Source: Veleropilina oligotropha (Eukaryota). From it: a stretch of DNA of 64,000 nt. The position numbers were made by a program, and so were the translations under genes. How positions within the stretch are numbered: the first letter of the stretch is position 1; each line of letters opens with the position of its first letter. The notes beneath the pieces were generated by a model. It saw only the letters and a list, made by a program, of their open reading frames with translations. It searched no databases and had not been told where the DNA came from. The DNA lies in NCBI GenBank assembly GCA_048128005.1, contig JBEUKZ010000049.1, positions 62,001 through 126,000 on the forward strand, read 5' to 3'. Positions 11,065-24,985 of this stretch are shown here, in pieces.

Positions 11065-13447
11065 CTTTATGAAATTATTTAAATAAAGATTTAAACGAGT
11101 AGTTTGTAAAAATAAAATAAGTATGCCAGAAACTAGAGGACAAAAGGCAATGCAACAAAATAATGCAGGTGCAGGTGATGTTTATGAATTAAATATGTTG
11201 AAAAACGATAGTGCAGGTTTATCAAGAGTAGTCACGCCTAGTAAAATGACTCGAGATAACGATAGCCTGATTGATAATGGACCAAGGTAGGAAGATAACC
11301 TGGAAAATGCTAATGATTTAGCTGAGATAATGAGGTTACAAAGGCAAATAGAGTTGAGACAAGCAAGGCTTGATCTAATTCAGGGGATGCGAGAAGTGGT
11401 GTAGAGGTACAAACTGTGCCTAGTTACCGCGAAAGCATTGATATGCCAGATGTACCTCCAAATCAAAATCGAAATGTGGCTACAAATAGATGTTTTGAGC
11501 TAAGGTTAGCTTACCAAAATGTAATGGTAAAGAAGAGTGGGAATCCTTCTGGATCCCATTTGAATTCTTGGCAGTTAAATACAACTGGAATCCAAAAAAA
11601 CAGCTGGAGTATTTAATAACTTCTGTAGAGGGTGAAGCCCTAAAGTTCGTTTCACATTTACCATGTGCAAAAAGAGATGATATTTATTGCTTGGTATCTG
11701 AGCTCAAGCATAGATTTGGGGACAATGTGCTACCAGAGACATATCGAGTCATGCTTCAATCGGTGAAGAAAAACTCGAAGCAGAGTCTGCATGAATATGC
11801 CGCAACTGTTGAGAACATGGTCGCAACAGCATATCCTGGCATGCAAAATGAAGAGCTATATGCAACAGTGTGTGTCGAGCATTTCATTAATGGATTAACC
11901 GATCCAAATATAGTTTATGATGTTCTAACTAAGAGACCGCAAAGCTTGGAAGAGGCAATTGACCTGGTCATGTTGCACGAGGGTTGTAAAAGTATGTCTC
12001 GTCATAAATTACACGTGAGGAAAATAGAATGCCAAAAATATGATTAACATGATTTTAATGGAGATGATGACAATGAGAAATGTGAGATAAGACGATTAAG
12101 CGGCAAACGTTTTGTGACTGAAGAAAGATTACAGCAATGTGGGCGAGAGCTTAAAGAAGATATTGTGACTTTAGTGACTGACTCAGTTGTAACACAGTTG
12201 TCAAGTGAATTCCAAACTGAGAGTGAAAAGTCGGGTAATAACGTCAGCGCAAGAGATAATGACAGAGGGCACACAAAACCAAAATTTGAAAGAAACATTA
12301 AATGTTATGCTTGCCACAAAATGGGTCATTATGCAAATGAGTGCAATAGTAGCAATGGTAGGATAAAAGATAAATATGCTAACATGAGGATGGACAGAGA
12401 GGAACGTTCCATCGATAGAACCGACGAAAATGTGCCGGAAAACTAGAGTGGACTAAGCCTGTCGGTCAAGACTTAGTCCAATTAAAAAATGAAAATCTAG
12501 GAAATAGTGAAAATCTAAAGGGAACAAGTAACGTTAACAAATCAGAACGATGTGATAATAACAATGAGATTAAAACAAATCCATGTGAAGGTTCTATATT
12601 AAATCAGAGATGTGTAGTAGTAGAGTCATGTGAGGTTCAGTCCGAGAATCCTAAATCGAGTGAGGTGTGTAGTATGGATGAATCCAAGGGAATGTCAGTG
12701 GGAGATACGATTAAGATGGACTTTAACGTACCCAAGCTTGAGTTACTGGCAGATCATCATTTAGTAATAAATCGTATTAATGCTGTTACAGTGAAAGTAC
12801 CTGTACGAATAAACGAGCAGCCTGCCAAAGCCGTTGTTGATACAGGTGCTGAAGTATCAGTAATAAGTGAGCGATTATTTGAGATGATTCCAGAGAGTGT
12901 GAGACCTAAAATTAGGAAAGCTGATAGAGAATTGGTAGTGGCTGAAGAAGGTAGAAGCATGACAACTAAAGGGATAGCTGATTTAATGATAGATCTTGGA
13001 GGTCACAGATTTAGTTGGCCAGTGTATGTGGCGCCAATTGGTGACAATTTCCTCTTAGGTTGTGATATTTTAGATGAGAAGGATATCACAGTTAATACTA
13101 AACAAGGTTTAGAAATTGGAGGAACATGGATCAATTGTGCGGTGAAACGTAAAACACGCGGTATTGCCAGAGTATGAAGGTCTAACCATTCCAGGAAATA
13201 GTGAATTCATAGCTAGTGGTAGAATCAATGGGAGAGAGTACATTGATAAGCGCTATGCCATGGTTGAACCAATGTCGACAGAGGATTATTTCTTCATTGG
13301 GAGAAGTGTGGTAGATCCTCAGCAAGATAGTGTCCCTATTAGATTTGCCAATGTTTCCGATTCTGCGATTAATTTGAAAAGGGGATTTGTAGTGGGAGAG
13401 CTACACTCAATTGAGGATATTGTAGAAATATCAAATATGGAAACAGA

Positions 13448-15135
13448 GTGAGTGAGTGAGTATAGTTTATCGTCGCTGTGAGCACAGCGGTGCCATAACG
13501 CGACGAGAATAATGTTAAATAAAAGACAAACAATAAAATGATATAAAGCCATAAAAACAAAATGATGTAAACTACTAAAACAATAATATGTACAGCAATA
13601 AAACATTAAGTAATAAGAACAATGTCATTGTTAAATAATGAAATACAATAGATGATGTACAGCAATAAAACAAAATGATGCAAAGCAATAAAAAATACTA
13701 AACAATGTCAAAGCCAAATAATGTCAGCATCAGTAAAATATGCAACTATGAATAAAATAAGTTATGATACGAATAAAACAAATCAATGAATGTATATTGG
13801 TCAATGTTTTTAAAAAGGTTTATATAATGGTAAATGTACTCATAATTTATTAATTAAACCATTGGCTCTAATAAATGATAAAATGCATGGTCCCCCAGTA
13901 TTATTAAAAAGGTCTTTAAGATTTGATGCTGTAAAATAAGAATCTCTTATGTGAGCGTACTCACCACAATCAAGCAAGAGGTGCTTGATTGTGAGCTGCT
14001 CATCACAAGAGATGCATACTGGTGGATCTTCCCCTTTCAGTAAGTATTCGTGGGTTAGCCGAGTGTGCCCGATTCGAATTCGCCTTAGGATTGTTTGCTC
14101 GAATCGGGATGATACGTCTAAATGTGTGTAGCCAATATTAGGTTTAAGTTGAAATAATTTATTATAAATTTGAGAAACCCATACATTTTGAAATAGTTTT
14201 CGGATGTAATGTAAAATGGCCGGTTTAAAATCAGTATATACAGTTTGTAAAGGATATATATTTTCTTTATTTAATGCTTCTTTAGCAGCTGCATCGGCTA
14301 AATTATTTCCAGCTATACCCACATGACTCGGAACCCAACAAAACACAATATCTCGATCAGTGATACTGTGGTTGAGTTCAATAATTTTCAAAATCAGTTC
14401 ATGAGTAGGGGAATGTTGTTGAAGGGCCTGTAAGACAGATAAAGAATCAGTAAATATAATATAATTATTTGCTTGGGAACGTTGGATATATTGCACAGCA
14501 GTTAGAATCGCTTTGGCTTCGGCAGTGAAAATAGAACATGGAGCAGGAAGTTTATGAGTAATACTTCTGGATCCAATTATGGTGGCACAAGAAACCTTGT
14601 CCCCATCCTTGGACCCATCAGTGAAAATTGATCGATGGGTGTCATATTTGCAGCGGATAATACCATATTCCTGTTTGTAAACAGCTTCGTTTGTGTCAGA
14701 TTTAGCAAATTTTGTTAAAGATAAGTCGACCCTTGGCAATTTTAATTGCCATGGAGGGATATCAGAGAGACGAATAGTTGTGATAAGATCAAGATCGATA
14801 TTAGCGGCATTTATATGAGGTTTTATCCGAATGCCAAGAGGTGGGACTAGCTTAGGTTTATCTAGAAATTTGTGTTCGTATTGTGGTTGGAACACACAAC
14901 TATATGCTGGATTTATAGGATTTGCGTAGAGTTTAATAACGTACTGAAGAGATAGTTTAATCCTCCTTTGGCTGAGAGGTGGTTCATCAGATTCAACATA
15001 TAGACTCTCTTTAGGAGACGTTCTAAACGCTCCCATCGATAGCCTTAAACCTTGATGATGAATAGGATCCAACAATTTCAGAGTCGAATTACTTGCCCCG
15101 TTGTATACAATGGATCCATAGTCTAGTTTAGATCT
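13448..15135 (-). mobile_element. 5'-truncated I/Nimb-type LINE of a second family (RT C-terminus + RNase H)
   Basis: RSKLDYGS, IFTDGSK, WVPSHVGIAGN, RIRIGHT and CISC..HLL.DC in ORF 13840-~15135; 3' stem-loop and (TCAC)n tail at 13448-13460. Confidence 0.9.
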
Positions 15136-18100
15136 ACCCCTAAGAGTTTTCCGCTCGACCTCGATGCTCACGAGCTTTTCAGAGGGCCCGTTCTCTCCCG
15201 TGCACCCACGATGGTCACGCTAGAGAACGTGGACAGACCGGCTGCGTTCGGGACGGGGTGCTACGGCGGTTTTCCGACCGTGCCTCTCTCGAACAGAGTG
15301 GTAGACCGATACGGACTGTTGCCGCAGTCCTACCGGTCGTCCGGCCCACCGAACCTGCCTTCGGGCCGTTCTTTCGGGTTCGACCACTCGACACTTGTCC
15401 CGAGACCCTAAAAAAGGGTTCTCGGCTACACCTGTCCATGCAGCCCGTCTACCTAGCGCCACGGTGACTTCGACCGAACTACCGGCTGTTAGTTCGATGC
15501 CCGTCATGCCTCCGGGTTTCTCTTTAGAGAACGTCCAGGCTATGTTCGCGGCGGAGTTCGAGTCCCGATGTCGGGCCTGGCAACCGGCTTCCTAGCCGCT
15601 CCAGGTACCTACACCTCTGCCTGTGGCGCAGAGCACGGCTCCTGCCTCCGTGGTGGGGATCGAACCTCGTTCCGACGAGGACCTTGACTCCACTCACTCC
15701 GACCTCCCTGTATCGGTCGGGCCCGAAGACGCTGGTAGTCTTCCAGGCACGCAGGAGCCGACCTCCACCACCCGCCGAACTCGACGCTGTTGCGTCACTT
15801 CGCGGGGTGCTTGACCTGCCGGAACCGACTCGGTCGTATGTAGGCCCGGTCAAGCACAGGACGGCGGCGCATCGGTTTGTTGACAAGGAAGCCCCCTTGC
15901 TTCCTTCCTTACATCAGTCCGGGCTGGTTGATCGGGTGTTGACTCGACAACCAAGCTCAGTCGGGGGCGCAATCCGGTGGAGTCCTCCCCACTGACCGAG
16001 TACCCTTCGGGGTTCCGTAGTGGGAGGTACCTCCGGGCCAGTTCGCGTTCGATCCCGTTCGCATGTATTGGTCCGTGCCTGGCGACTGAGCCGGCTCGTG
16101 TTGACGCAGCGTTGCGTTGACTGACCGCCAGTCACACTCCCTCTGTAGCGAGAGTTCCTGGGTTCGCCTTGGAAGCTTTCGAGAGCTCCGCCCGATGGGC
16201 TCTGCGGCTGTCGTCCGTTCAGGATTTTTCCTAGACGGGGCGATAGCCGTATTACAGGAGGATGGACCCGGCGCCCGTTGGCTGCCCTGTCCTTCCTCCA
16301 GGAGGTTGCTGCCGTTATGGAGACCAACGCGTTGGAGACGGGACGTGTCCTGGGTAACGCCTACTTCGTAGGGACGCTTACCTGAAAGACACCTCGCTAG
16401 ATGAGGCCACCCGGCGCTCATTGCGATGCGTGCCTTGCTCGGCCACCGCTCTATTTGGCGACGATTTCTCGGAATTCGTCGACAGAGAGCGGCGGACCTG
16501 ACGGACCGTACCATCGAGTAGGCGGTGCTGCACCCCCCGGGGGTCCACCCGCCGACTTGAGGAAGCATTCAGGGCCCACCCGGACCCCGAAGCCTTCCAA
16601 GCGTGCATGGCCCTCTTCTGGTGGTAGGCCCCCGGCCATTAACCCACTCCGAAGAGGCAAGCACCTCCAACAAGCTCCCGTCAGAGCGGGAGAGGGACGC
16701 CTCGGCCCTAGGGCTGCCGGCACACACGACAGTTCCCAGCTGCCCGCTTCCGCCGGTGGAAGCGTATCTGTTAGCGTACAGCCAGCCGTGGCTAGACTAC
16801 CAGACAGTAGCTGGGTCCCTCCGTCGTGAGTGCCGGATACACGTTGGTTCAACCGGCATCCGACCCTAAACGAGGCACCACCACCAAGACACGCTCGCCT
16901 CCTATACCGAGAGAAGCAAGCGGTCTTAGACCAGGCAGTGCGGGACCTACTCCTCAAGGAGCAATATATCCCGCGCCGCCCAGCACACCAGGATAATACA
17001 GCCATTTTTTCCTGGTCCCGAAACCCGAGGGCCGCTAGCGACCGATCTTCGATCTCTCGTATCTAAACTAATATCTTCGTACCGAGAAATTCCAGCAGGA
17101 AACCCTCTCGAAGATACGAGCGGCCATCCGTCCGGGCGACTGGGCAGCGTCTATCGACCTGACCGACGTGTATCTGCATGTCCCGATGCATATCACGGCT
17201 CATCGGTACCTTCGGTTTATACACGGGGAGACGTTCTACCATTCAGGTGCCTACCGTTCGGTCTATCGTCAGCCCCTTACGTTTTCACGAGAACAGTACA
17301 GGCCCTTAGGGCCTTCCTACACTCTCTAGGGCACAGGGTTCATATGTACCTCGACGACTGGCTGATCCTCGGGGCGTCCCGAGATCTGTGCCTCCGGTCT
17401 ACGAGCTTTACCCTGTCATCAACGATTTCAGATCAACGAGACAAAATCCTGCTTCGTGCCCTCGACGACGTTTACGTTCCTCGGAGTCGACTTCGATACG
17501 GTCCGGTACACCGCGAAGCCGACTCAGAAACGTATGCGGAACCTACGCGCGGTTATCCAAGACACCCTGTCATCGGACACATCGAGTCCTGGGGCACATC
17601 GAGTCGGTAGCGACCCTGCTACCGACGGGTCGCATGGACAAACGACCGTTACAACAGGCGTTCAGGGATCGCTGGATACAACGGACGGGGCAGTGGACGG
17701 ATCGCATCGATCTACGGCATTGGTTTACCAACACAACAGCAGTGTGGTTGAACCCTGCTTTGCCGGACCAGTCGGTTCCTATATCCCCGCCAGAGCCGAA
17801 CGCTTACCTGTTCACAGACGCTTCGAACGACGGCTGGGGTGGTCACCTCGACAGTTACGAGACATCAGGCCTATGGCCGACGGACCTTCAGGGACGACAC
17901 ATCAACTTCCTAGAGTTACAAGCCGTCTACCTGTCAGTACGGTCCCTCTCGTCACATCTCCGCAACAAGCACATAATGCTCGCCACGGACAACACGACTG
18001 TCGTCGCTTACATCCAGCACCAGGGCGGCACTCGCTCGCATCCCCTTTGCGACCGAGCAATAGACCTACACCGCCTAGTGATGTCCCTCATCTCGACGAT

Positions 18101-20764
18101 TCGAGCCCGACACATCCCGGGAAAGCTGAATGTCAGAGCGGTCTCGCTCTTTCGGAAATCACAGATAATACACGCAGAGTGGAGCTACACAGCCGAGTAG
18201 CTCGGGACGTTTGTCGCCGGTGGTCACAACCCCGAGTCGATCTGTTTGCAACAGAATTTAATTACCGACTACCTCTGTATGTCTCCCCGGACCCGGCCGC
18301 CCTAGCGGTCGCCGCACTGTCAATGACATGGGAGAATCTGTCCGCGTATGCCTTCCCCCCGTCGTGCATTCTAACACTGGTATTACAGAAGGCATCGAAC
18401 GAACGTTGCAGATAACGCTAATCGCGCCCCTATATCGCACGCAACCTTGGTTTCCGACCCTCCTCGATCTGATCGTCGACCGACCGTTATCGCTCCCGCA
18501 GAGACCGGGCCGGTTAATGCAGGCGCGCAGCCGTGTATTTCAACATCGCCGAACGACTTGCGTTTACACGCCTGGCGGTTATCGAACGATCCCTTGCTAA
18601 GAAAGGAATTTATCGCGCAACAGCCCTACGCATCTCCCGATCGAGAAGGCTTTCCACGACTAAAGTTTATGACTACCGATGGGTTAAGTACGTGGATTGG
18701 TGTCACAGCCGGCATGTCAATATTCTCCGCCCCCCTGTGAACAAGTTTATTGAGTTTTTATCGTCGCTCTTTGAACGCGGTATATGTCAGTGTCCGCCGT
18801 CAAAGGTATCGGGCAACGGTCGCGAGTGCCGTGCCCGTGTTAGCCTCCCTAGCGACCGAACGATTTGGATTTCTGCGATCCTTCGAACTCAAAATTTCGA
18901 CCCGTACGATACGGCCAGCCTGAAACATCGCTCTCATTCTTAACGCTCTCTTTCTACCCGTACTAGCCTATGGGCCCGAACTCTATGAGGAACTTAACGC
19001 ACAATACGGTTTTTCTGATCGCCTTGCGTCGGGCAGGCGTTGTTCCGTATTTCATAGTCTATCCGCAGAGCTACGAGACGTTCGTTTCCAGTCGACGGGT
19101 CGGTGATGCGGCGTCATATCTTGGGTTTCCTCGCCAAGAATCAACGGCCGAACGGAGACGCACCCGATATCGTTATCCCCAAGCTTTACGCTGGTCAGAG
19201 ACCCGATGTGGACCGATGAACCTGTCATATGCGTGCCTACGTTACTACCTCGACAGGATCCGTGATACGCGGCAGGGAAAACTACGTATATTTTATTCGT
19301 ATTTACCTTCTTGTATCCGCGACATTTCATAGACGACTGTTTCGCGGAGGTTTTCACAGGTAGTGAGAGACTTCTCTCGCTGTGAAAAGTAGGCCGCACG
19401 CACTATTGTATCGATGCGCGCGCACGAGGTCCGTGCTTTCGCAGTTACACATCTCAGCATTGCTTATCAAAATGTCTTTATTAAGCCTTTTCTGTGGATT
19501 ATTCCATGCGGCTGATGGATTGTGCAGTCTACATAGTAACTGCTCAACGATGTATTGTTAGACCGAGGTCATCTAATCAGTGAGTATTGTTACTTGATTT
19601 ATCAATTTACATAATCTGTGCTGATGCAATGCTATTGTTATGCCTAGCTATTCTATGAAATAGACATTATGAGGCGATTCAATGTGTTCATTTCTTAAAA
19701 ACATTTTAAGATCTTGATACTTTCATGTCATACCTGAGTATATTGACAAGCCAGATTACATTGAATTTAATAAACAATTATATTGCGAAAATCTTATAGG
19801 ATTTCAGGTTCAATATTATTTGATGTTCTATGCTGTTATCGAACATACGATGTTCAAGACATTGAAAAAAATTTAATATTTGCTTCCTTAAAATTTATTT
19901 TAAGTAACATGTCTTACATGTTAGCGTTTCGCAAGTTGGTCATGCGAATCAATTATTAATATCGATTATTTATTTAATCTATTAATTCTTTGCTTTGATT
20001 TCACGCTTTCACAACCTATTAGGTTCCGTGTGCTTACAAATCCGACTGCATCCTCTGGCTACCGGCCTTTGGCCAGGAGTACCATTTGGCTGCCACTGGC
20101 CCATGACACGTAAGACCTACAGGGATCCATCCTTCCGGCCGTGCCTGGGGCTGATTGCACTTCCGTTCACCTCGTCCGACTACCACCACGGCGTATTCTC
20201 CCGGTAACACTGGTCGAAATTCTCGCTTGGTAAGAGTTGAATATGATTCTCAGTAAATTCCACTCTGGGCGGACACAATCGACGCTTCGAGCTGATTGAA
20301 ATGGTGAAAAGTAAGTCATTATCTTGTTTGGGTTTGCTGTAAGGAACTTCTTACCCACCTATCCAAGGTTATTCTGGCAAGAGTAAGGACGTAAGTAAGT
20401 TTGTAACTACATATGAGGTTTTTAATTAAACCTAATATTAGTTAAAACATACTTACGTCCTTACCACGATTACCCACCCTGCGTTTCGCATTCCTCCCCT
20501 CTACTAAGTTCCTTTGGGGTTCTGAACTTTGAATTGAGGTCTTGTGATCTTGAGCTCGGATATCTCGCGAGACTTGGCGAGATCTCGCCGGGGGAACTTA
20601 GAGAGCGGGAGCAGGGGAGGTAATCGTGGTACGTTTTGACTTAATAAGTGCCTAAATGTGACTTTATTCACTGTTTCCGGTTAGCGATAATATGACAATT
20701 ATGGCAAGAGTAAGGACGTAAGTATGTTTTAACTAATATTAGGTTTACTTAAAAACCTCATTTT
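15136..20764 (+). mobile_element. Degenerate DIRS1-like tyrosine-recombinase retrotransposon (5' truncated)
   Basis: GC-rich; frameshifted RT (IDLTD.Y.H, LPFGL, YLDDWL), RNase H (TDASNDGWGG, INFLEL, DNTT), adenine methyltransferase (DLFAT..YAFPP), YR relic (RAHEVRA); ICR/terminus structure. Confidence 0.88.
20375..20761. repeat. DIRS internal complementary region and right terminus
   Basis: 20413-20464 is the reverse complement of 20710-20761 (1 mismatch); TGGCAAGAGTAAGGACGTAAGTA direct repeat at 20375 and 20702. Confidence 0.85.
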
Positions 20765-21282
20765 CTCACCACTGACTGAGCAAGCGATGGAGGATTGTAT
20801 ATCCACGTTCATCTTCTTTAGTTTTACTCATCCAGACGCAAAATTGTGTTTATATATATAGTTAACATTTATTACTTTCGTTAATGGTCTTCAATAATTA
20901 AGTTCATGGTATAATACAATATCAAAGGTCAGTAAGGTTTAGTTTTGTAATGAACTTGCCATATTTCTATTCTTTAAATTCAATTGATATACTGTGCATG
21001 AACAAACACAGGATAATTAAACTAAAACAGTCCAGTCAGCTTTGGAATTTAGTCTTTTAAGGTGTGTGTCATATTGTTTTACATACTGTCACTTTTTTAT
21101 ATTTTCATGCAATAAACATGATATTTATACTACAATATGATTTACTTTTATTTGATTTTACGTGCATATAATTATATAGCATGATGGTAGAAAGTATCAA
21201 AATTTTCTTTATTAAAGCTCAAAAATGTTCAAAGATGACTTCCATAGGTTTGTTCAGTATTTGGAAAGGAAAAGAAAGGATC

Positions 21283-21486
21283 GATGCTTTTCAACCATTA
21301 AGTTCAAAGCAGGACATGACCATATTATCACCCGGGGAAACCCACCTTCTTCGATCAGATATGGACAACTGTGATTCATAACTTGAACAAATAATGCCAT
21401 GTGACGTCCCAACTGTTCGTATCGGCGGAATCAAGCCAGTGATTTCAGAGTCCACTACCGAAACCACACGACTGTCGAAGCAGCCC
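21283..21486 (-). mobile_element. Degenerate tRNA-derived SINE
   Basis: Shares blocks (caggacatg, ggacaactgtg.ttcataacttgaacaaat, caagccagtga) with the 61706-61964 SINE. Confidence 0.7.
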
Positions 21487-21713
21487 TTCAGTAATTGGAA
21501 GAAGTGACCAGATTTTAACAATTTTTTTGAAAAATATGAATGTCATCTTCATGATATGTTGGTATTTGGGAAGCCCTGATAATGATCAAAAATGGGCTGG
21601 AATGCAGCTGAGAGCGTCTAGGGTCTCTGAGCTTCCAGGGGCCGCAGGCCCCTGGACCCCGGCTTATATTAGTCCAGTTCAGGTTTTTTCATAATTTCCC
21701 AGTCTCATGCCTG

Positions 21714-23965
21714 TTTCATTCAAATTCGGTATGCGCCTTCGTTATGATGTGGACACGCCGACTAACCATTATCGTCGATTGCGGATTCAAGATGGCTGCC
21801 GTGGTGGCCATTTTGTTTCGAAGATATTTCTTGTATCCGTTCTACAGTGAAGAGTTCTATTCTGATTTGATTCATTATGATGAGGACATGCCGTCTAACG
21901 ATTTTCATCGATTTTGCGTTTAATATGTCTGCCATGGTGGCCATTTTGTTTTGAAATTTCTTGTGTCTGTTCTACAGTGAAGACTTCTATCCAGATTTGA
22001 TTGAAATTCGGTATTCATGTTCATTATGATGAGGACACACCGCCTAACGATTTTTGTCGATTTCGGATTCAACATGGCCACCGTGGTGGCCATTTTGTTT
22101 TGAAGAAATTTCTTGTGTGTGCTCTACAGTGAAGAGTTCTATTCTGATTTGATTCAAATTCGGTATGCATGTTCGTTATGATGTGGGCACGCAGACTAAC
22201 GATTTTAGTCATTTTGCGTTCAAGATGGCTGCCATGGTGGCCATTTTGTTTTGAAGATATTTCTTGTGTCTGTTCTACAGTGAAGAGTTCTATTCCGATT
22301 TCATTCAAATTCGGTATGCATGTTCATTATGATGAGGACACACCTCCTAACGATTTTCGTCATTTTTGGATTCAAGATGGCTGCCGAGATGGCTGCCGTG
22401 GTGGCCATTTTGTTTTGAAAGTATACCTTCTGTGAGCTCTATAGTAAAAAGTTCTTATCCTATTTCAATCAAATTAGATATACACTTTTGGTATGATGAG
22501 AACACTACACCTATCGATTTCCGGATTCAAGATGGCTGCCCTGGCAACCATTTTGTTTTGAATAGATTTCTTGTTTGCACTCGACAATGAAAATTTCTAA
22601 TCCTATTGGATTCAAATTCGGTGTGCATGTTGATGAGTTAAGATGAGGGCATGCCACCTAAAGATTGTTGTCGTTTTTATTAAAGAAGCAGTGTAAAAAG
22701 TTAAAAAAATCATCCACGAGCATTTTGCTCCTAACTTTTAAAAGTTAGGGGCATTTCAAAATTTCTAGGGGCATTTTCATGAAGCATAATTTTAAGGTTT
22801 AATTATAATATGTAAAAAATGTTTCAATGCTCACATACTGGTATAGATGGATTATGCACGGAATCATACTATAATTAATACCTACAATTACAATTTTTTG
22901 CCTTTTTGCTTGCATTTTGCCTTAATAATATATTTTGATAAGTGTAAACATGTTGAAGATGTTTTAAATTTCGCACGCAAGAACTTAGGATTATCGTACA
23001 TTTCGCAAGGGTAAAAGGGTTAATCTACAACGATGTTACATTGTATAGTTACGATATATTTAAGTACGATGTTTTTAATTATAATTCCTGAATGACAGTG
23101 TCATACCTGCCAATAAATTGTTTATTCTATTAAGAAATGATCATTTTCTAAGTATCTAGCATTTACTAAATGTAACAATCGACTTGCGTATAAGAAATAT
23201 GCATTTTGTTTCCACCTTTTCCCCCCGACACAGGACTGTTGACGGTTGCTATGACGCTGTAGACACAGCGCCATCTATACTTAGACTTAATCGCTATTTT
23301 CCGTAATATATTCTACAATAGTAAAACAGTGTTGTACGGAAATTGCCGAGATCAGTCGTTGACTGGTTTTTAAGGCAGAATATCTCCCTTTTACTAACAT
23401 GTTGTCTTGCATCGAAAATTTCTATCGATATCGAAAATGGAAAATTGCGTGGTCAAAAACAATGTTCAAACGCATTTTAAGCCAGTAATACAGGTGAAAT
23501 GCAAGTAAAACGTAATAAATATACGAATTGGTAGCAATTAATGTTACTCGCACAAAGCGAATGCTTGTCAAAGTTAACTCGCATTCTATAAATGTTGGGC
23601 GCATTTGCGACCGCGTTGTTCGCAACTTTTTACACTGAGAAGGCCGCCATGGTGGGCATTTTGTTTTGAAGAGTTTTCTTGTGTGCGCTCTATAGAGGAA
23701 AGTTATTATCCGATCGCATTCAAATTCGGTATGGACGTTAGTTATTATGAGGACAGGCCGTGTAACGATATTCATCGTTTTCTGAATCAAGATGGCCGCC
23801 GTGGTGGCCATTTTGTTTTGAAGAAATTTTTTGTATCCACTCTACAGTGAAGAGTTCTATTCTGATTTGATTCAAAATCAGTATGCACGTTCATTATGAT
23901 GAGGACACATCGCCTAACGATTTTGGCGTTTTCGGATTCAAGATGGCGGCCATTTTTTTTTGAAG
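21714..23965 (+). repeat. Helentron-type tandem array, family A (~120-bp unit), interrupted by a MITE
   Basis: Recurring tcaaattcggtatgca...gatgaggacac...tcaagatggc..ggccattttgttttgaag...ctacagtgaagagttct. Confidence 0.8.
22689..23637. mobile_element. Non-autonomous DNA transposon (hAT5-like), 14-bp TIR, 5-bp TSD
   Basis: CAGTGTAAAAAGTT...AACTTTTTACACTG; TSD AGAAG at 22684-22688 and 23638-23642. Confidence 0.8.
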
Positions 23966-24985
23966 ATTCCAATAATTCAATGTCACAGAGCCATGCATTA
24001 CTATAAATCAACAAATTTATGCTTCCACTTAATAATAAAATATGTGTATTAAGACTTTTGCAGTCTGCTTGTCAAAATATATTTGTTTCTTAACCTTTCC
24101 TGTGTGGAGTTTATTTTGACTCTGCATGTAGTTTTTAGGGCACTATATTTTGACTGTATTATACTTATATGTGAGCCACGCACAGGGAAGGGCATGGGCC
24201 CACATACATACGGGAGTCGCATACGAAGGGTTATAATGGTGAATCCAACGTCATAGAACATTATATTACTTGGGTTGTTTTAGACGTGGGATGGCTACAG
24301 TACTATAGAAATATATGAGTCATGCGAGCCATTTCACGGCTTTGACGTTCTAGTTAGTTCAGGTTAATGATAAGTATTACTTCTGAATAGCTGTCCAGCA
24401 TCATTACACATATCATAGTGGTATGCACAGTGCTATTAATATATATACGCGTTGCAGTATTTATATATATGTATGTTAACATGTTATATACTAATAATTG
24501 TTGATAATAAGACTGCTTGAGTTTACAGATAATGTACATGTACTGGTAAACACAAGAAAAGATGTATGGATAGAGATGAGGTTGGAAGGGAGAGATAATA
24601 GTGGGAACAAGGAGGTGGAGGGTTTGACGAAACCTAGTAAATACATACTTTTCTATGTAAAAGAAAAATGTCATCGGCTTCAGCCCTCAATATTTCGACC
24701 TAATTGGTCGCATATGCGACCAATTTTTACCGTTGGCGACTAACAAATAATTCCTGGTCGCCAATTGGCAACCTATCTAAAATAACGTTGGCAACCGTAA
24801 ATTCTGCCATTATATGGCTTTTCAGTGTTGTGGCTTTCCACTAAGTTATTAAATCAATGTTTCATGAGTTTACTTGGTTCTGTTTATTACAAAACCACTA
24901 AAAGTTGTTATCCTGACACTCAAAGTTTCATCCGGCTCATGTTACAAACAGTGATGGCCATGTTGGCTTACAACCATGAATGCCT

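Larger units (their letters stand above)
10467..13447 (+). mobile_element. Gypsy LTR retrotransposon, 5' part (LTR, degenerate gag, protease)
   Basis: LTR and PBS; gag fragments 11123-12446 with CYACHKMGHYANEC knuckle; aspartic protease VVDTGA and LLGCDIL; cut at 13447 by a LINE. Confidence 0.9.

Noticed and set aside
20770..20845. Possible minus-strand exon (..RGYTILHRLLSQW, GTGAG donor)
   Set aside because: No clear acceptor or recognisable homology
24298..24312. AGTACTATAGAAAT match to the viral palindrome in flanking DNA
   Set aside because: Short AT-rich match with no other viral similarity; may be chance
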